From: an uncultured Candidatus Saccharibacteria bacterium
Lineage (GTDB): Bacteria; Patescibacteriota; Minisyncoccia; Phycocordibacterales; PALSA-1337
Assembly (NCBI GenBank): GCA_964416985.1
Contig: CAYQFS010000003.1
Location: 18,594-82,593 of the forward strand
Direction of reading: 5' to 3'
DNA: 64,000 nucleotides
Each line of letters opens with the position of its first letter. Position 1 is the stretch's first letter. Of the stretch, positions 47,334 to 54,903 are shown in pieces. Under the pieces are notes generated by a model. That model saw nothing but the letters and a program-made list of their open reading frames with translations. It did not search any database and was not told where the DNA came from. A program made the position numbers and the translations under genes.

Positions 47334-48056
47334 GTGACAACGATGAAAAATCCATCGATTGCATCAGACAACGAAGTCAGTGAAGGCCAAATCGAAACCT
47401 GTGTGACCCTAGTCACCGATGCTACGCGCAAAGGGACAGGCACAGCGCTTCGCGAACTCGCCAAGAACGGTGTTCTCACCAAAAAGAATATTGAGCGGGT
47501 GCGGGCGCGCGGCAACGAAGTGGTTGCTGAGATTACGAGAATCGTAAAGGAGAAGTTTGCCGAAATTGCCGAGAATATCGCCGGCATCGTCAAGCTCATC
47601 TCCGGCGCGGAAATTCTCGAACTCGACGAGACGGACGGGAAGGCAACCATTGCGAAAGCGAAGGATGCCTTTCCCGGCTGGATCGATCCCGACTTCAAGG
47701 AATACGGTTGCGATGTGAAGTCGGAGCCGACCAAGAAGGCACAGGTTTCCGTCCATGAGATGATCAAGGACGGGACATTCGCCCAGATCTTTAATGGCAT
47801 GGGCGATGACCTCAATAGTCTTTGTCTTACACAGCCGCAGATCATCCAATTCGTGGAGAAACACCACAAGTGGCTCCGCACGGATGGATATGCAACCTTT
47901 TTCTTATTCAAGGTTGGCGAAGAGTTCTTCGTTGCGGACGTGGGCTTCCACGTCGGGCGTCTCGAGGTCTACGTGCGCCGCTTCTCGAACGACTTCGTCT
48001 GGCGCGCCGAGGACCGTCATCGCATTGTAGTCCCGCAACTGGCACTTGCAAATTAG
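47334..48056 (+). CDS. DGR target (variable) protein; GC-rich; VR at the C-terminus
   Basis: The 3' approximately 117 bp is a mutated copy of the downstream template repeat (see VR/TR features). About 55% GC, against about 40% for neighbours. No recognisable C-type-lectin GGSW motif. Confidence 0.75.
   Translation: MTTMKNPSIASDNEVSEGQIETCVTLVTDATRKGTGTALRELAKNGVLTKKNIERVRARGNEVVAEITRIVKEKFAEIAENIAGIVKLISGAEILELDETDGKATIAKAKDAFPGWIDPDFKEYGCDVKSEPTKKAQVSVHEMIKDGTFAQIFNGMGDDLNSLCLTQPQIIQFVEKHHKWLRTDGYATFFLFKVGEEFFVADVGFHVGRLEVYVRRFSNDFVWRAEDRHRIVVPQLALAN
47925..48041 (+). repeat. DGR variable region (VR), including the 3' invariant IMH-like segment cgtcatcgcattgtagtcccg
   Basis: Aligns base for base with TR 48366..48482. 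All 20 mismatches in the alignment fall at positions that are A in the TR. Confidence 0.85.
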
Positions 48057-48057
48057 T

Positions 48058-48080
48058 CCTGAGCCTTTGGCTCTCAGTCC
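48058..48080 (+). other. GC hairpin (gagcc-ttt-ggctc) just downstream of VR/stop; candidate DGR target-recognition stem-loop
   Basis: Inverted repeat ctgagcctttggctctcag, seen directly. Position relative to the VR matches known DGR hairpin/cruciform elements. Confidence 0.45.
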
Positions 48081-48365
48081 CTCTGACCCTTGTCAAAATT
48101 TATTTTGGCAAATCAGGGGGATTTTTGTATACTGGAAAGGCACGCATGAATGTACGGTGGCTATGGCTCCCGTGCCACGCTTGTGAAAAAATACGTTCGA
48201 GAATTCTGCCGCCCGCCAGCTGGCGGGTTGCAGAAGAGTGGATGTATTTTTATCTAAACAAAAAATAATCAGTTGGTGTAGTGGACTGGAGGACTTCAAT
48301 GTCCCGAATACTATTCAATCTGTCCTGATTGGGCGGATGGTGTACTGGATGGTTCGTTGCACATT

Positions 48366-48482
48366 ATCTTCGTTGCGAACGTGAACTTCAACGACGGGCA
48401 TCTCAAGGTCAACATGAACCGCTTCTCGAACGACAACGTCTGGAACGCCGAGAACCGTCATCGCATTGTAGTCCCGAAACTG
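48366..48482 (+). repeat. DGR template repeat (TR), non-coding, rich in AAC codons in the VR frame
   Basis: atcttcgttgcgAACgtgAACttcAACgacgggcatctcAAggtcAACatgAACcgcttctcgAACgacAACgtctggAACgccgagAACcgtcatcgcattgtagtcccg. 21-nt exact match to the VR at the 3' end. Confidence 0.85.
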
Positions 48483-48497
48483 TCATTTCTCTCATCA

Positions 48498-48866
48498 TTA
48501 TTTGGTGAGAGTTTTGTTGAGTATTGATTTAGCAGTGGGACTTTGGAGGCCTTTGCGCCATCCACCAAGCATTCGCCCTATCTCTTCTAGCTTTTCCGAG
48601 AGTTCTGTATATTTGTCAGTCGGAATGAGCTTGCTCTCCCAGGCTAGCTGATAAAAGAATTTAAGAGTGTCTACCTTCGTTATGGTCCGGCCGAGCATAA
48701 CAGTCTTGGCTTCTGGTGGCAGATAAATGCAAGAGAAACTGAATTCCAAAGTATCAAGAAATAAGTCTTCAATCTTCTGACCAATACCGAGACGTTCAAC
48801 GCGCGGAAAGTTCCTATGAATGGCTAACCAAAATTGGTATGCTTCCTTTTCCTTCAAAATCACCAC
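48498..48866 (-). CDS. avd: Avd-like accessory variability determinant (four-helix-bundle / 23S rRNA intervening-sequence protein family), GTG start, opposite strand to TR/RT
   Basis: 122 aa, with the ...FP..E..G...Q.... pattern; the C-terminal EEIGRMLGGWRKGL parallels Bordetella bAvd EVGRILGSWIARV. Located between the TR and the RT. Confidence 0.7.
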   Translation of the reverse strand: MVILKEKEAYQFWLAIHRNFPRVERLGIGQKIEDLFLDTLEFSFSCIYLPPEAKTVMLGRTITKVDTLKFFYQLAWESKLIPTDKYTELSEKLEEIGRMLGGWRKGLQSPTAKSILNKTLTK

Positions 48867-48877
48867 TGGAGAATTGC

Positions 48878-48887
48878 GGGGGGGGGG
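48878..48887. repeat. Homopolymeric G10 tract between the divergent avd start and the RT start (C10 in the avd 5'-UTR)
   Basis: gaattgcggggggggggtcgtc, seen directly. It lies inside the upstream extension of the RT ORF (which would read GGG) and 12 nt upstream of the avd GTG. Confidence 0.9.
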
Positions 48888-48910
48888 TCGTCATAGTCAT
48901 TTTAATTTTT

Positions 48911-49900
48911 GTGAAAAATAAAGGGGTTGCGTACAACCATATCATATCTCTCAAAAATATCCACGAAGCGTGGCGTGAATTTGTCTCTGGTAAAAAATAT
49001 AAAACCGATGTGGCAGAATTCCTGCTCAAACTCTCGGAGAATACTTATAAGCTTCACATTGATCTAAAAAATAAAATATATGTCCACGGACCGTACGAAG
49101 CCTTCGCGGTTAATGACCCAAAGCCGCGCAGTATCCATAAAGCGAGCGTGCGGGACCGTTTACTCCACCATGCTCTCTATCGCCAACTCTACCCTTATTT
49201 TGATCAGAAATTTATTCACGATTCCTATTCTTGCCGTGACTTCAAGGGGACGCATCGGGCATTGGAGCGCTTTATGCAATTTTCTTGCAAGGTTTCAAAG
49301 AGCAATAAACGCACTTGTTGGGTATTGAAATGTGATGTTCGTAAGTTCTTTGCTTCGGTGGATCATTCAGTTCTCATGACGATACTTAAAAAGCATATTT
49401 CTGATCCTGATATTATCAATCTTGTCGGTGGGGTAGTGGAGAGTTTTAAAAGTACTGGTCCGGGAAAGGGTTTGCCACTCGGTAATCTTACTTCGCAACT
49501 TCTGGTGAATGTTTATATGAATGAATTTGATCAATACGTAAAGCATATTCTCAAACAGAAGTTTTATATTCGCTATGCTGATGATTTTGTGATTATGCAT
49601 CATGACCGCATTACATTACTAGAAGTGTTACCGAAAATTCATGCTTTTCTTGGATCGGTCCTTAAACTACAGCTTCATCCCGATAAGGTTTCTATCGAGA
49701 CAGTTTCTTCTGGCATTGATTTTCTTGGCTGGATCCATTTTCCTAATCACCGTGTGTTGCGGACCACCACAAAAAGAAGAATGTTCAAGAATTTAAAAAT
49801 GACAGAGACAAAACGTGAGACACTTCAATCGTATCTTGGACTTTTAAAACACGGCAATACCCATAAGTTACAAAACTCAATAAATAAATTTAAGACATAA
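48911..49900 (+). CDS. DGR-type reverse transcriptase (track ORF 48839..49900; probable start GTG at 48911, downstream of the G-tract)
   Basis: RT motifs 1-7, including NIHEAWREF, the DGR-type GKGLPLGNLTSQLLVNVYMNEFD and IRYADDFVI (YxDD), around 330-353 aa. No maturase or endonuclease domain, so not group II. Confidence 0.9.
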   Translation: MKNKGVAYNHIISLKNIHEAWREFVSGKKYKTDVAEFLLKLSENTYKLHIDLKNKIYVHGPYEAFAVNDPKPRSIHKASVRDRLLHHALYRQLYPYFDQKFIHDSYSCRDFKGTHRALERFMQFSCKVSKSNKRTCWVLKCDVRKFFASVDHSVLMTILKKHISDPDIINLVGGVVESFKSTGPGKGLPLGNLTSQLLVNVYMNEFDQYVKHILKQKFYIRYADDFVIMHHDRITLLEVLPKIHAFLGSVLKLQLHPDKVSIETVSSGIDFLGWIHFPNHRVLRTTTKRRMFKNLKMTETKRETLQSYLGLLKHGNTHKLQNSINKFKT

Positions 49901-49953
49901 AAAATTATCCTCTGGAACTTCCTTTTTATTTTTTTAGGAATATAATTTTCTTT

Positions 49954-50781
49954 ATGCCACAAGAAATTACTATCACTGCTCCCCATAAAGATTTCGAATC
50001 AATCAAAAAGATTGATGAGAATGGCGTGGAATACTGGACAGCAAGGGAGCTTATGCCAATACTTGGGTATTCAAAGTGGCAGAATTTTGAAATAGTCATA
50101 AAAAAGGCTCAAGAAGCTTGCGTCAATAGCCGCCAGTTTCCCCAGGATCATTTTACTGAAGCCAGTAAATTGATCAAAATGGCTAAAGATGCTGTGCGTG
50201 AAATAAACGACTATAACCTTGATAGGTATGCCTGTTATTTAATTGCCCAAAACGGAGACTCTACTAAGAAAGAAATTGCCCTTGCCCAAACATATTTTGC
50301 GGTACAAACGCGTAACCAGGAGATGTTTAATAAACTTTCTGATGATGAGAAAAGAATACAAAGACGAGAGGAAGTAACTGACAGAAATAAACATCTTTTC
50401 AGTACGGCCAAACTTGCAGGCGTCTCAAATTTTGGAAAATTCAATGATGCAGGGTATAAAGGCCTCTATACCATGCCTCTTTCTGAAATTGAGAAGAGAA
50501 AGAAGGTAAAGAAAGGAGAATTACTCGATCGTGCAGGAAGTGTAGAACTTGGAGCCAATCTTTTTAGAATTACCCAGACAGAAGACAAAATCAAGAGAGA
50601 AAATATAAAAGGAGATACAGAAGCACAAAGAACACACTTTGATGTTGGAAAGAAAGTTCGTCAGACAATGAAAGAACTTGGCGGGGAAATGCCAGAAAAT
50701 CTCAAACCAGAAAGGCATATAAAGGAAATTAGGAAGAATAACAGATTCCTCAAAAAGAAATCACAAGCGAGAATAAAATAG
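49954..50781 (+). CDS. dinD: DinD-like protein (DNA-damage-inducible protein D family)
   Basis: GVEYWTARELMPILGYSKWQNFEIVIKKAQEAC and LDRYACYLIAQNGD closely parallel E. coli DinD segments (..WSARDL..LGY..W.NF...I.KA; LTRYACYLIVQN). Confidence 0.6.
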   Translation: MPQEITITAPHKDFESIKKIDENGVEYWTARELMPILGYSKWQNFEIVIKKAQEACVNSRQFPQDHFTEASKLIKMAKDAVREINDYNLDRYACYLIAQNGDSTKKEIALAQTYFAVQTRNQEMFNKLSDDEKRIQRREEVTDRNKHLFSTAKLAGVSNFGKFNDAGYKGLYTMPLSEIEKRKKVKKGELLDRAGSVELGANLFRITQTEDKIKRENIKGDTEAQRTHFDVGKKVRQTMKELGGEMPENLKPERHIKEIRKNNRFLKKKSQARIK

Positions 50782-50796
50782 TATTTTTAGCCAAAA

Positions 50797-53700
50797 ATGC
50801 TAAAATGGCATTTACGTATGGAAAAGAGCAAGCAAGCCCAAACCGAAGAGAAAATACTGGCTTTTTGGGAAGAAAAAAAGATATTCAAGAAAACCCTCGA
50901 CAAGGAATTTCCGAAGGGCGATTTTATCTTTTATGATGGACCACCATTTGCAACAGGAGAGCCACACTATGGTCACGTCGTCCCGGGAACAATCAAAGAC
51001 ATAATTCCTCGTTATAAAACGATGAAAGGCTATCGCGTCCGCAGGCGATGGGGTTGGGACTGTCATGGATTGCCGGTAGAAAATCTCATCGAAAAAGAGC
51101 TCGGTCTTAAATCAAAAAAAGATATCCTTGACTACGGTATTGGAAAGTTTAATGCAAAGGCCCAAGAAAGCGTCATGCGGTATGCTGATGACTGGAGAAG
51201 GATCATTCCTCGCCTCGGTCGTTTTGTCGACATGGAGGATGACTATCGAACAATGGATACACCATACACCGAGTCAGTGTGGTGGGCTTTTTCTGAACTC
51301 TATAAAAAGGGATTAATTTATGAAGGATTCAAGTCAATGAATCTTTGCCCTCGCTGTGAGACAACACTTTCGAACTTTGAGGTAAGTCAGGGGTACAAGG
51401 ATATAACGGATATTTCGGTTTTTGTTACATTTGAAATAGTCGATGAGCCGGGAACTTTTCTTCTCGCATGGACGACAACCCCGTGGACTCTTCCAGGAAA
51501 TGTAGCGCTCGCAGTGAATCCTTCAATTCAATATTCAAAAATAAAAATACATAATCAGCAGTTATACGTAGCAACACCACGACTTTCTGCTGTGAAAGTA
51601 GAATATACAGTTGTCTCTGAAATTTCAGGAAAAGATCTTATCGGAAAATCATACAAACCTGTTTTCCCTTACTATTTTTCTGATCAAAAATTAAAAAATA
51701 AAGAAAATGGTTGGAAAGTTTATGGTGCCGATTTTGTAACAACGGAAGACGGAACAGGGATCGTTCATATTGCCCCAGCTTTTGGAGCCGATGATTACGA
51801 ACTTTCACTGAAGCACAATCTGCCGTTTGTTCAGCATGTTGGAACGAATGGCCAGTTCAAGGCGGAGGTTACGGATTTTGCTGGTCAGGATGTAAAACCA
51901 AAAGATTCTCCAGAAGAAAAGGACAAGCACCAAAAAGCTGATATTGAGATTATCAAATATCTTGCAGCCCACGGAACTCTTTTTGCAAAAGAAAAACTTG
52001 TACACTCATATCCGCACTGCTGGAGATGTGATACTCCACTTCTCAATTACGCAGCCTCATCATGGTTTGTAAAGGTTACTGATCTGAAGGATAAGCTCGT
52101 CAAAGAAAATAAGAAAGTGGGGTGGATTCCTCCTGAAGTTGGTGAAGGGCGGTTTGGAAATTGGCTCATGGGTGCTCGGGACTGGGCAATTTCACGTTCA
52201 CGTTTTTGGGGAGCGCCTCTGCCGGTCTGGAAAGAAGAAACAACAGGGGAATGTCATGTTCTCTCGTCGATTGCCGATCTCAAAAAATACAGTCATGCAA
52301 GAAATACCTACTACGTGAGCCGACACGGAGAAGCGGAAAATAATGTAAAGATGATCATCAGTTCTCTCAAGGAAAATCCGCATCATTTGACCGACCTTGG
52401 AAAAAAGCAGGCGAAGGAAGCGGGGCAATGGCTCAAGGATAAACATATTGATCTCATTATCACATCTCCATTTGTTAGAACAAAGGAGACGGCTGAAATC
52501 ATTGCTCAGCAGATTGGATTTGATAAAAATAAGATTGTTTTTGACGAAAGACTTCGGGAGCTTGGGGCGGGAATCTGGAACGGGAAAAACTTCCATGATT
52601 TTGTAGCGCATCTCAAAGAAGAGGATCGCTTCGAAATTGCTCCAGAGGGAGGTGAACAGTATGCTGATATAAAAAAGCGTATGGGGGACATCCTCTATGA
52701 CCTCGAGCAGAAGCATAGTGGCAAAAATATTCTTCTCGTTTCTCATGATACGCCACTTTTTCTTCTTGAGACAGTCGCCCAAGGCCTCAATCGAAAGCAG
52801 TCGATAGAACTCCGAGGTCACAAGGATCATTTTAATGAAAATGCAAAGCCTCGAAAGCTCGAATTTCATCCCTTGCCGCATAACGCTGAGTACGAAGCCG
52901 ATCTCCATCGGCCGTTCATTGACGAAATTCCTCTCATCTCCGAAAAGGGAAACAAGCTCGTGCGAATTCCCGAAGTTTTTGACTGCTGGTTTGAGTCGGG
53001 TTCAATGCCGTTTGGAGAAGCTCATTATCCATTCCAAAAATGCGATTTCAATCCTAAGCCGGGTCCATTTACAAAAATTCTCGGAAAAACTAAAGGCTAT
53101 CCTGCTGATTTTATTGCAGAAGGACTTGACCAGACTCGTGGCTGGTTTTACTCGATGATGGTCCTTGGGGTCGCTCTTTTTGGCCGATCTCCTTACAAAA
53201 AAGTTGTGGTCAATGGTCTCGTCCTTGCTGAAGATGGTCGCAAGATGTCGAAGCGTGAGAAGAATTATCCCGACCTCATGCTTATTGTAAATAAATATGG
53301 AGCTGATGCTCTCCGCTACTTCCTCATGTCATCTCCGGTCGTTCATGCTCAAGATTTTTGTTTTTCTGAGAGGGGAGTTGATGAGGTAATGAAAAAGCAC
53401 ATTGGTCGACTCAACAACGTCGTGACATTCTATGAAATGTATGCGAGTGAAGCAACCGATCTCACGATCACAAGCACCGATCCTCTCGATCTTTGGATTG
53501 TTTCTCGATTAGCAGAGCTAGCCTTAGAAGTCACACATGGTCTTGAAAAATATGAAATCGACCGAGCATCACGTCCTTTTGCAGAATTTATTGACGACCT
53601 TTCAACGTGGTATATTCGCCGTTCACGAGATCGATTTAAGAGTGAAAATGTGGAAGACAAAAATCGAGCCCTCGCTACGACTCGAAAAGTCCTTCTCGAT

Positions 53701-54297
53701 CTCTCAAAACTTCTGGCACCAATTATGCCGTTTCTTGCCGAGGATATGTACCAGCATGTGAAAGGTGAAAAGGAGAGTGTGCATCTCGAGCCGTGGCCTG
53801 AATTTAAAAGGGCTGATGCAAACATAATTGTAGACATGAAAGAGGTTCGCCGTGTCGCGTCCCTTGGCCTCGAAGCCCGCATGAAGGCAAAGATAAATGT
53901 CCGCCAGCCCCTCGCAAAGCTTTCAGTTAAATCTCCAATTCCAAAAAATCTCGCAGACATTATTAAAGATGAGGTAAATGTAAAAGAAGTTGTGACAGAT
54001 GCAGCGCTTTCGGAAGAAGTAGTACTTGATACTATCCTTACGCCTGAGCTCAGAGAAGAAGGGAATGTCCGTGAACTTCTTCGCGCAATTCAGGATCTTC
54101 GAAAAGAAAAAGGACTGACGATACAGGATCGTGCAATTTTGACAATTGATACCGATCGAAAAACTCAGGAACTTATTACAAAAAACAAAGAAGGCCTTTC
54201 ATCTGCGACGTTGCTCAAAGAAATAAAGTTTGGAAATTTGGAAGGTGAGGTAAAAATGGTGGGAGAACTCAGCTTAAAAATAGATATCGGGAAATAA
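50797..54297 (+). CDS. ileS: Isoleucyl-tRNA synthetase, type 2 (eukaryote-like), carrying an inserted ~170-aa histidine-phosphatase (PGAM-like) domain
   Basis: GPPFATGEPHYGHV (HIGH) and RKMSKREKNYPD (KMSKS), plus the CP1 editing region. The insert at about 52300-52810 is YYVSRHGEAENN...ITSPFVRTKETAEI...LLVSHDTPLF (RHGE + SHD catalytic motifs). Confidence 0.9.
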   Translation: MLKWHLRMEKSKQAQTEEKILAFWEEKKIFKKTLDKEFPKGDFIFYDGPPFATGEPHYGHVVPGTIKDIIPRYKTMKGYRVRRRWGWDCHGLPVENLIEKELGLKSKKDILDYGIGKFNAKAQESVMRYADDWRRIIPRLGRFVDMEDDYRTMDTPYTESVWWAFSELYKKGLIYEGFKSMNLCPRCETTLSNFEVSQGYKDITDISVFVTFEIVDEPGTFLLAWTTTPWTLPGNVALAVNPSIQYSKIKIHNQQLYVATPRLSAVKVEYTVVSEISGKDLIGKSYKPVFPYYFSDQKLKNKENGWKVYGADFVTTEDGTGIVHIAPAFGADDYELSLKHNLPFVQHVGTNGQFKAEVTDFAGQDVKPKDSPEEKDKHQKADIEIIKYLAAHGTLFAKEKLVHSYPHCWRCDTPLLNYAASSWFVKVTDLKDKLVKENKKVGWIPPEVGEGRFGNWLMGARDWAISRSRFWGAPLPVWKEETTGECHVLSSIADLKKYSHARNTYYVSRHGEAENNVKMIISSLKENPHHLTDLGKKQAKEAGQWLKDKHIDLIITSPFVRTKETAEIIAQQIGFDKNKIVFDERLRELGAGIWNGKNFHDFVAHLKEEDRFEIAPEGGEQYADIKKRMGDILYDLEQKHSGKNILLVSHDTPLFLLETVAQGLNRKQSIELRGHKDHFNENAKPRKLEFHPLPHNAEYEADLHRPFIDEIPLISEKGNKLVRIPEVFDCWFESGSMPFGEAHYPFQKCDFNPKPGPFTKILGKTKGYPADFIAEGLDQTRGWFYSMMVLGVALFGRSPYKKVVVNGLVLAEDGRKMSKREKNYPDLMLIVNKYGADALRYFLMSSPVVHAQDFCFSERGVDEVMKKHIGRLNNVVTFYEMYASEATDLTITSTDPLDLWIVSRLAELALEVTHGLEKYEIDRASRPFAEFIDDLSTWYIRRSRDRFKSENVEDKNRALATTRKVLLDLSKLLAPIMPFLAEDMYQHVKGEKESVHLEPWPEFKRADANIIVDMKEVRRVASLGLEARMKAKINVRQPLAKLSVKSPIPKNLADIIKDEVNVKEVVTDAALSEEVVLDTILTPELREEGNVRELLRAIQDLRKEKGLTIQDRAILTIDTDRKTQELITKNKEGLSSATLLKEIKFGNLEGEVKMVGELSLKIDIGK

Positions 54298-54318
54298 ATA
54301 AACCCAAAATCACCCTAT

Positions 54319-54876
54319 ATGCACCACATCTACACAACTCCAGCCTTCGTTGTGAGCAGTCTTCCTCGAGGGGAAGCGGGGAAGTCCCTTCTTCTTTTTA
54401 CTCGTGACTTTGGAATGATATGGGCAACTGCGCAGGGAATCAGGCTCTCTCAGTCAAAACTTCGCCACCACATCCAGGACTATTCTTTTTCGTATGTTTC
54501 AATTGTGCGGGGAAAAGAAATGTGGAGACTGACCGGCGCAGGCGAGCTTCAGGAAAAAATAAAACCAAGCAAACTCTATGTTCGCATTTTGAATGTATTA
54601 AAAAGGCTTCTGACGGGGGAAGAAAAAAATGAGAAACTTTTTGAAATAATCGAGACAAGCTCGAAGGCCACTTACGAAGAAAAAGATACTGAAATCATTG
54701 AGTGTATTATAATGCTTAGAATCTTGAATGCACTTGGATATATTTCAAATAAAAAAGAATTCGATAAGTTTTTAATTGACAACGCACTTTCACCCGATTT
54801 GGTTGAAGAAATGAAAAAAGTGAAGCTCCTCGTGGTTAAGGAAATCAACTCAGCTCTCAAGGAGAGTCAGCTCTAG
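54319..54876 (+). CDS. recO: DNA repair protein RecO (short form lacking zinc finger)
   Basis: N-terminal OB fold TPAFVVSSLPRGEAGKSLLLFTRDFGMIWATAQGIRLSQSKL parallels the RecO N-domain. Confidence 0.55.
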   Translation: MHHIYTTPAFVVSSLPRGEAGKSLLLFTRDFGMIWATAQGIRLSQSKLRHHIQDYSFSYVSIVRGKEMWRLTGAGELQEKIKPSKLYVRILNVLKRLLTGEEKNEKLFEIIETSSKATYEEKDTEIIECIIMLRILNALGYISNKKEFDKFLIDNALSPDLVEEMKKVKLLVVKEINSALKESQL

Positions 54877-54903
54877 TATTGCATATGGTATAATAGTTCC
54901 ATT

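Noticed and set aside
47297-48299. Several ORFs on both strands (47297..47911 -, 47409..47867 -, 47794..48030 +, 47822..48268 +, 47908..48096 -, 48093..48299 -) overlapping the DGR target/VR region
   Set aside because: The locally high GC content removes stop codons in all frames. The only frame with a coherent protein and the VR at its end is 47334..48056 (+).
48839-48910. ATG at 48839 as the RT start codon
   Set aside because: It would overlap the divergent avd coding start by 28 nt and place the G10 tract in-frame. The conserved DGR-RT N-terminal motif begins only at about 48930, so GTG 48911 is favoured. Not fully excluded (see the G-tract finding).
52198-52908. 236-aa minus-strand ORF inside ileS, overlapping the phosphatase insert
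   Set aside because: The forward frame is continuous with IleRS motifs on both sides and carries the RHGE/SHD phosphatase motifs. The minus ORF has no recognisable features.
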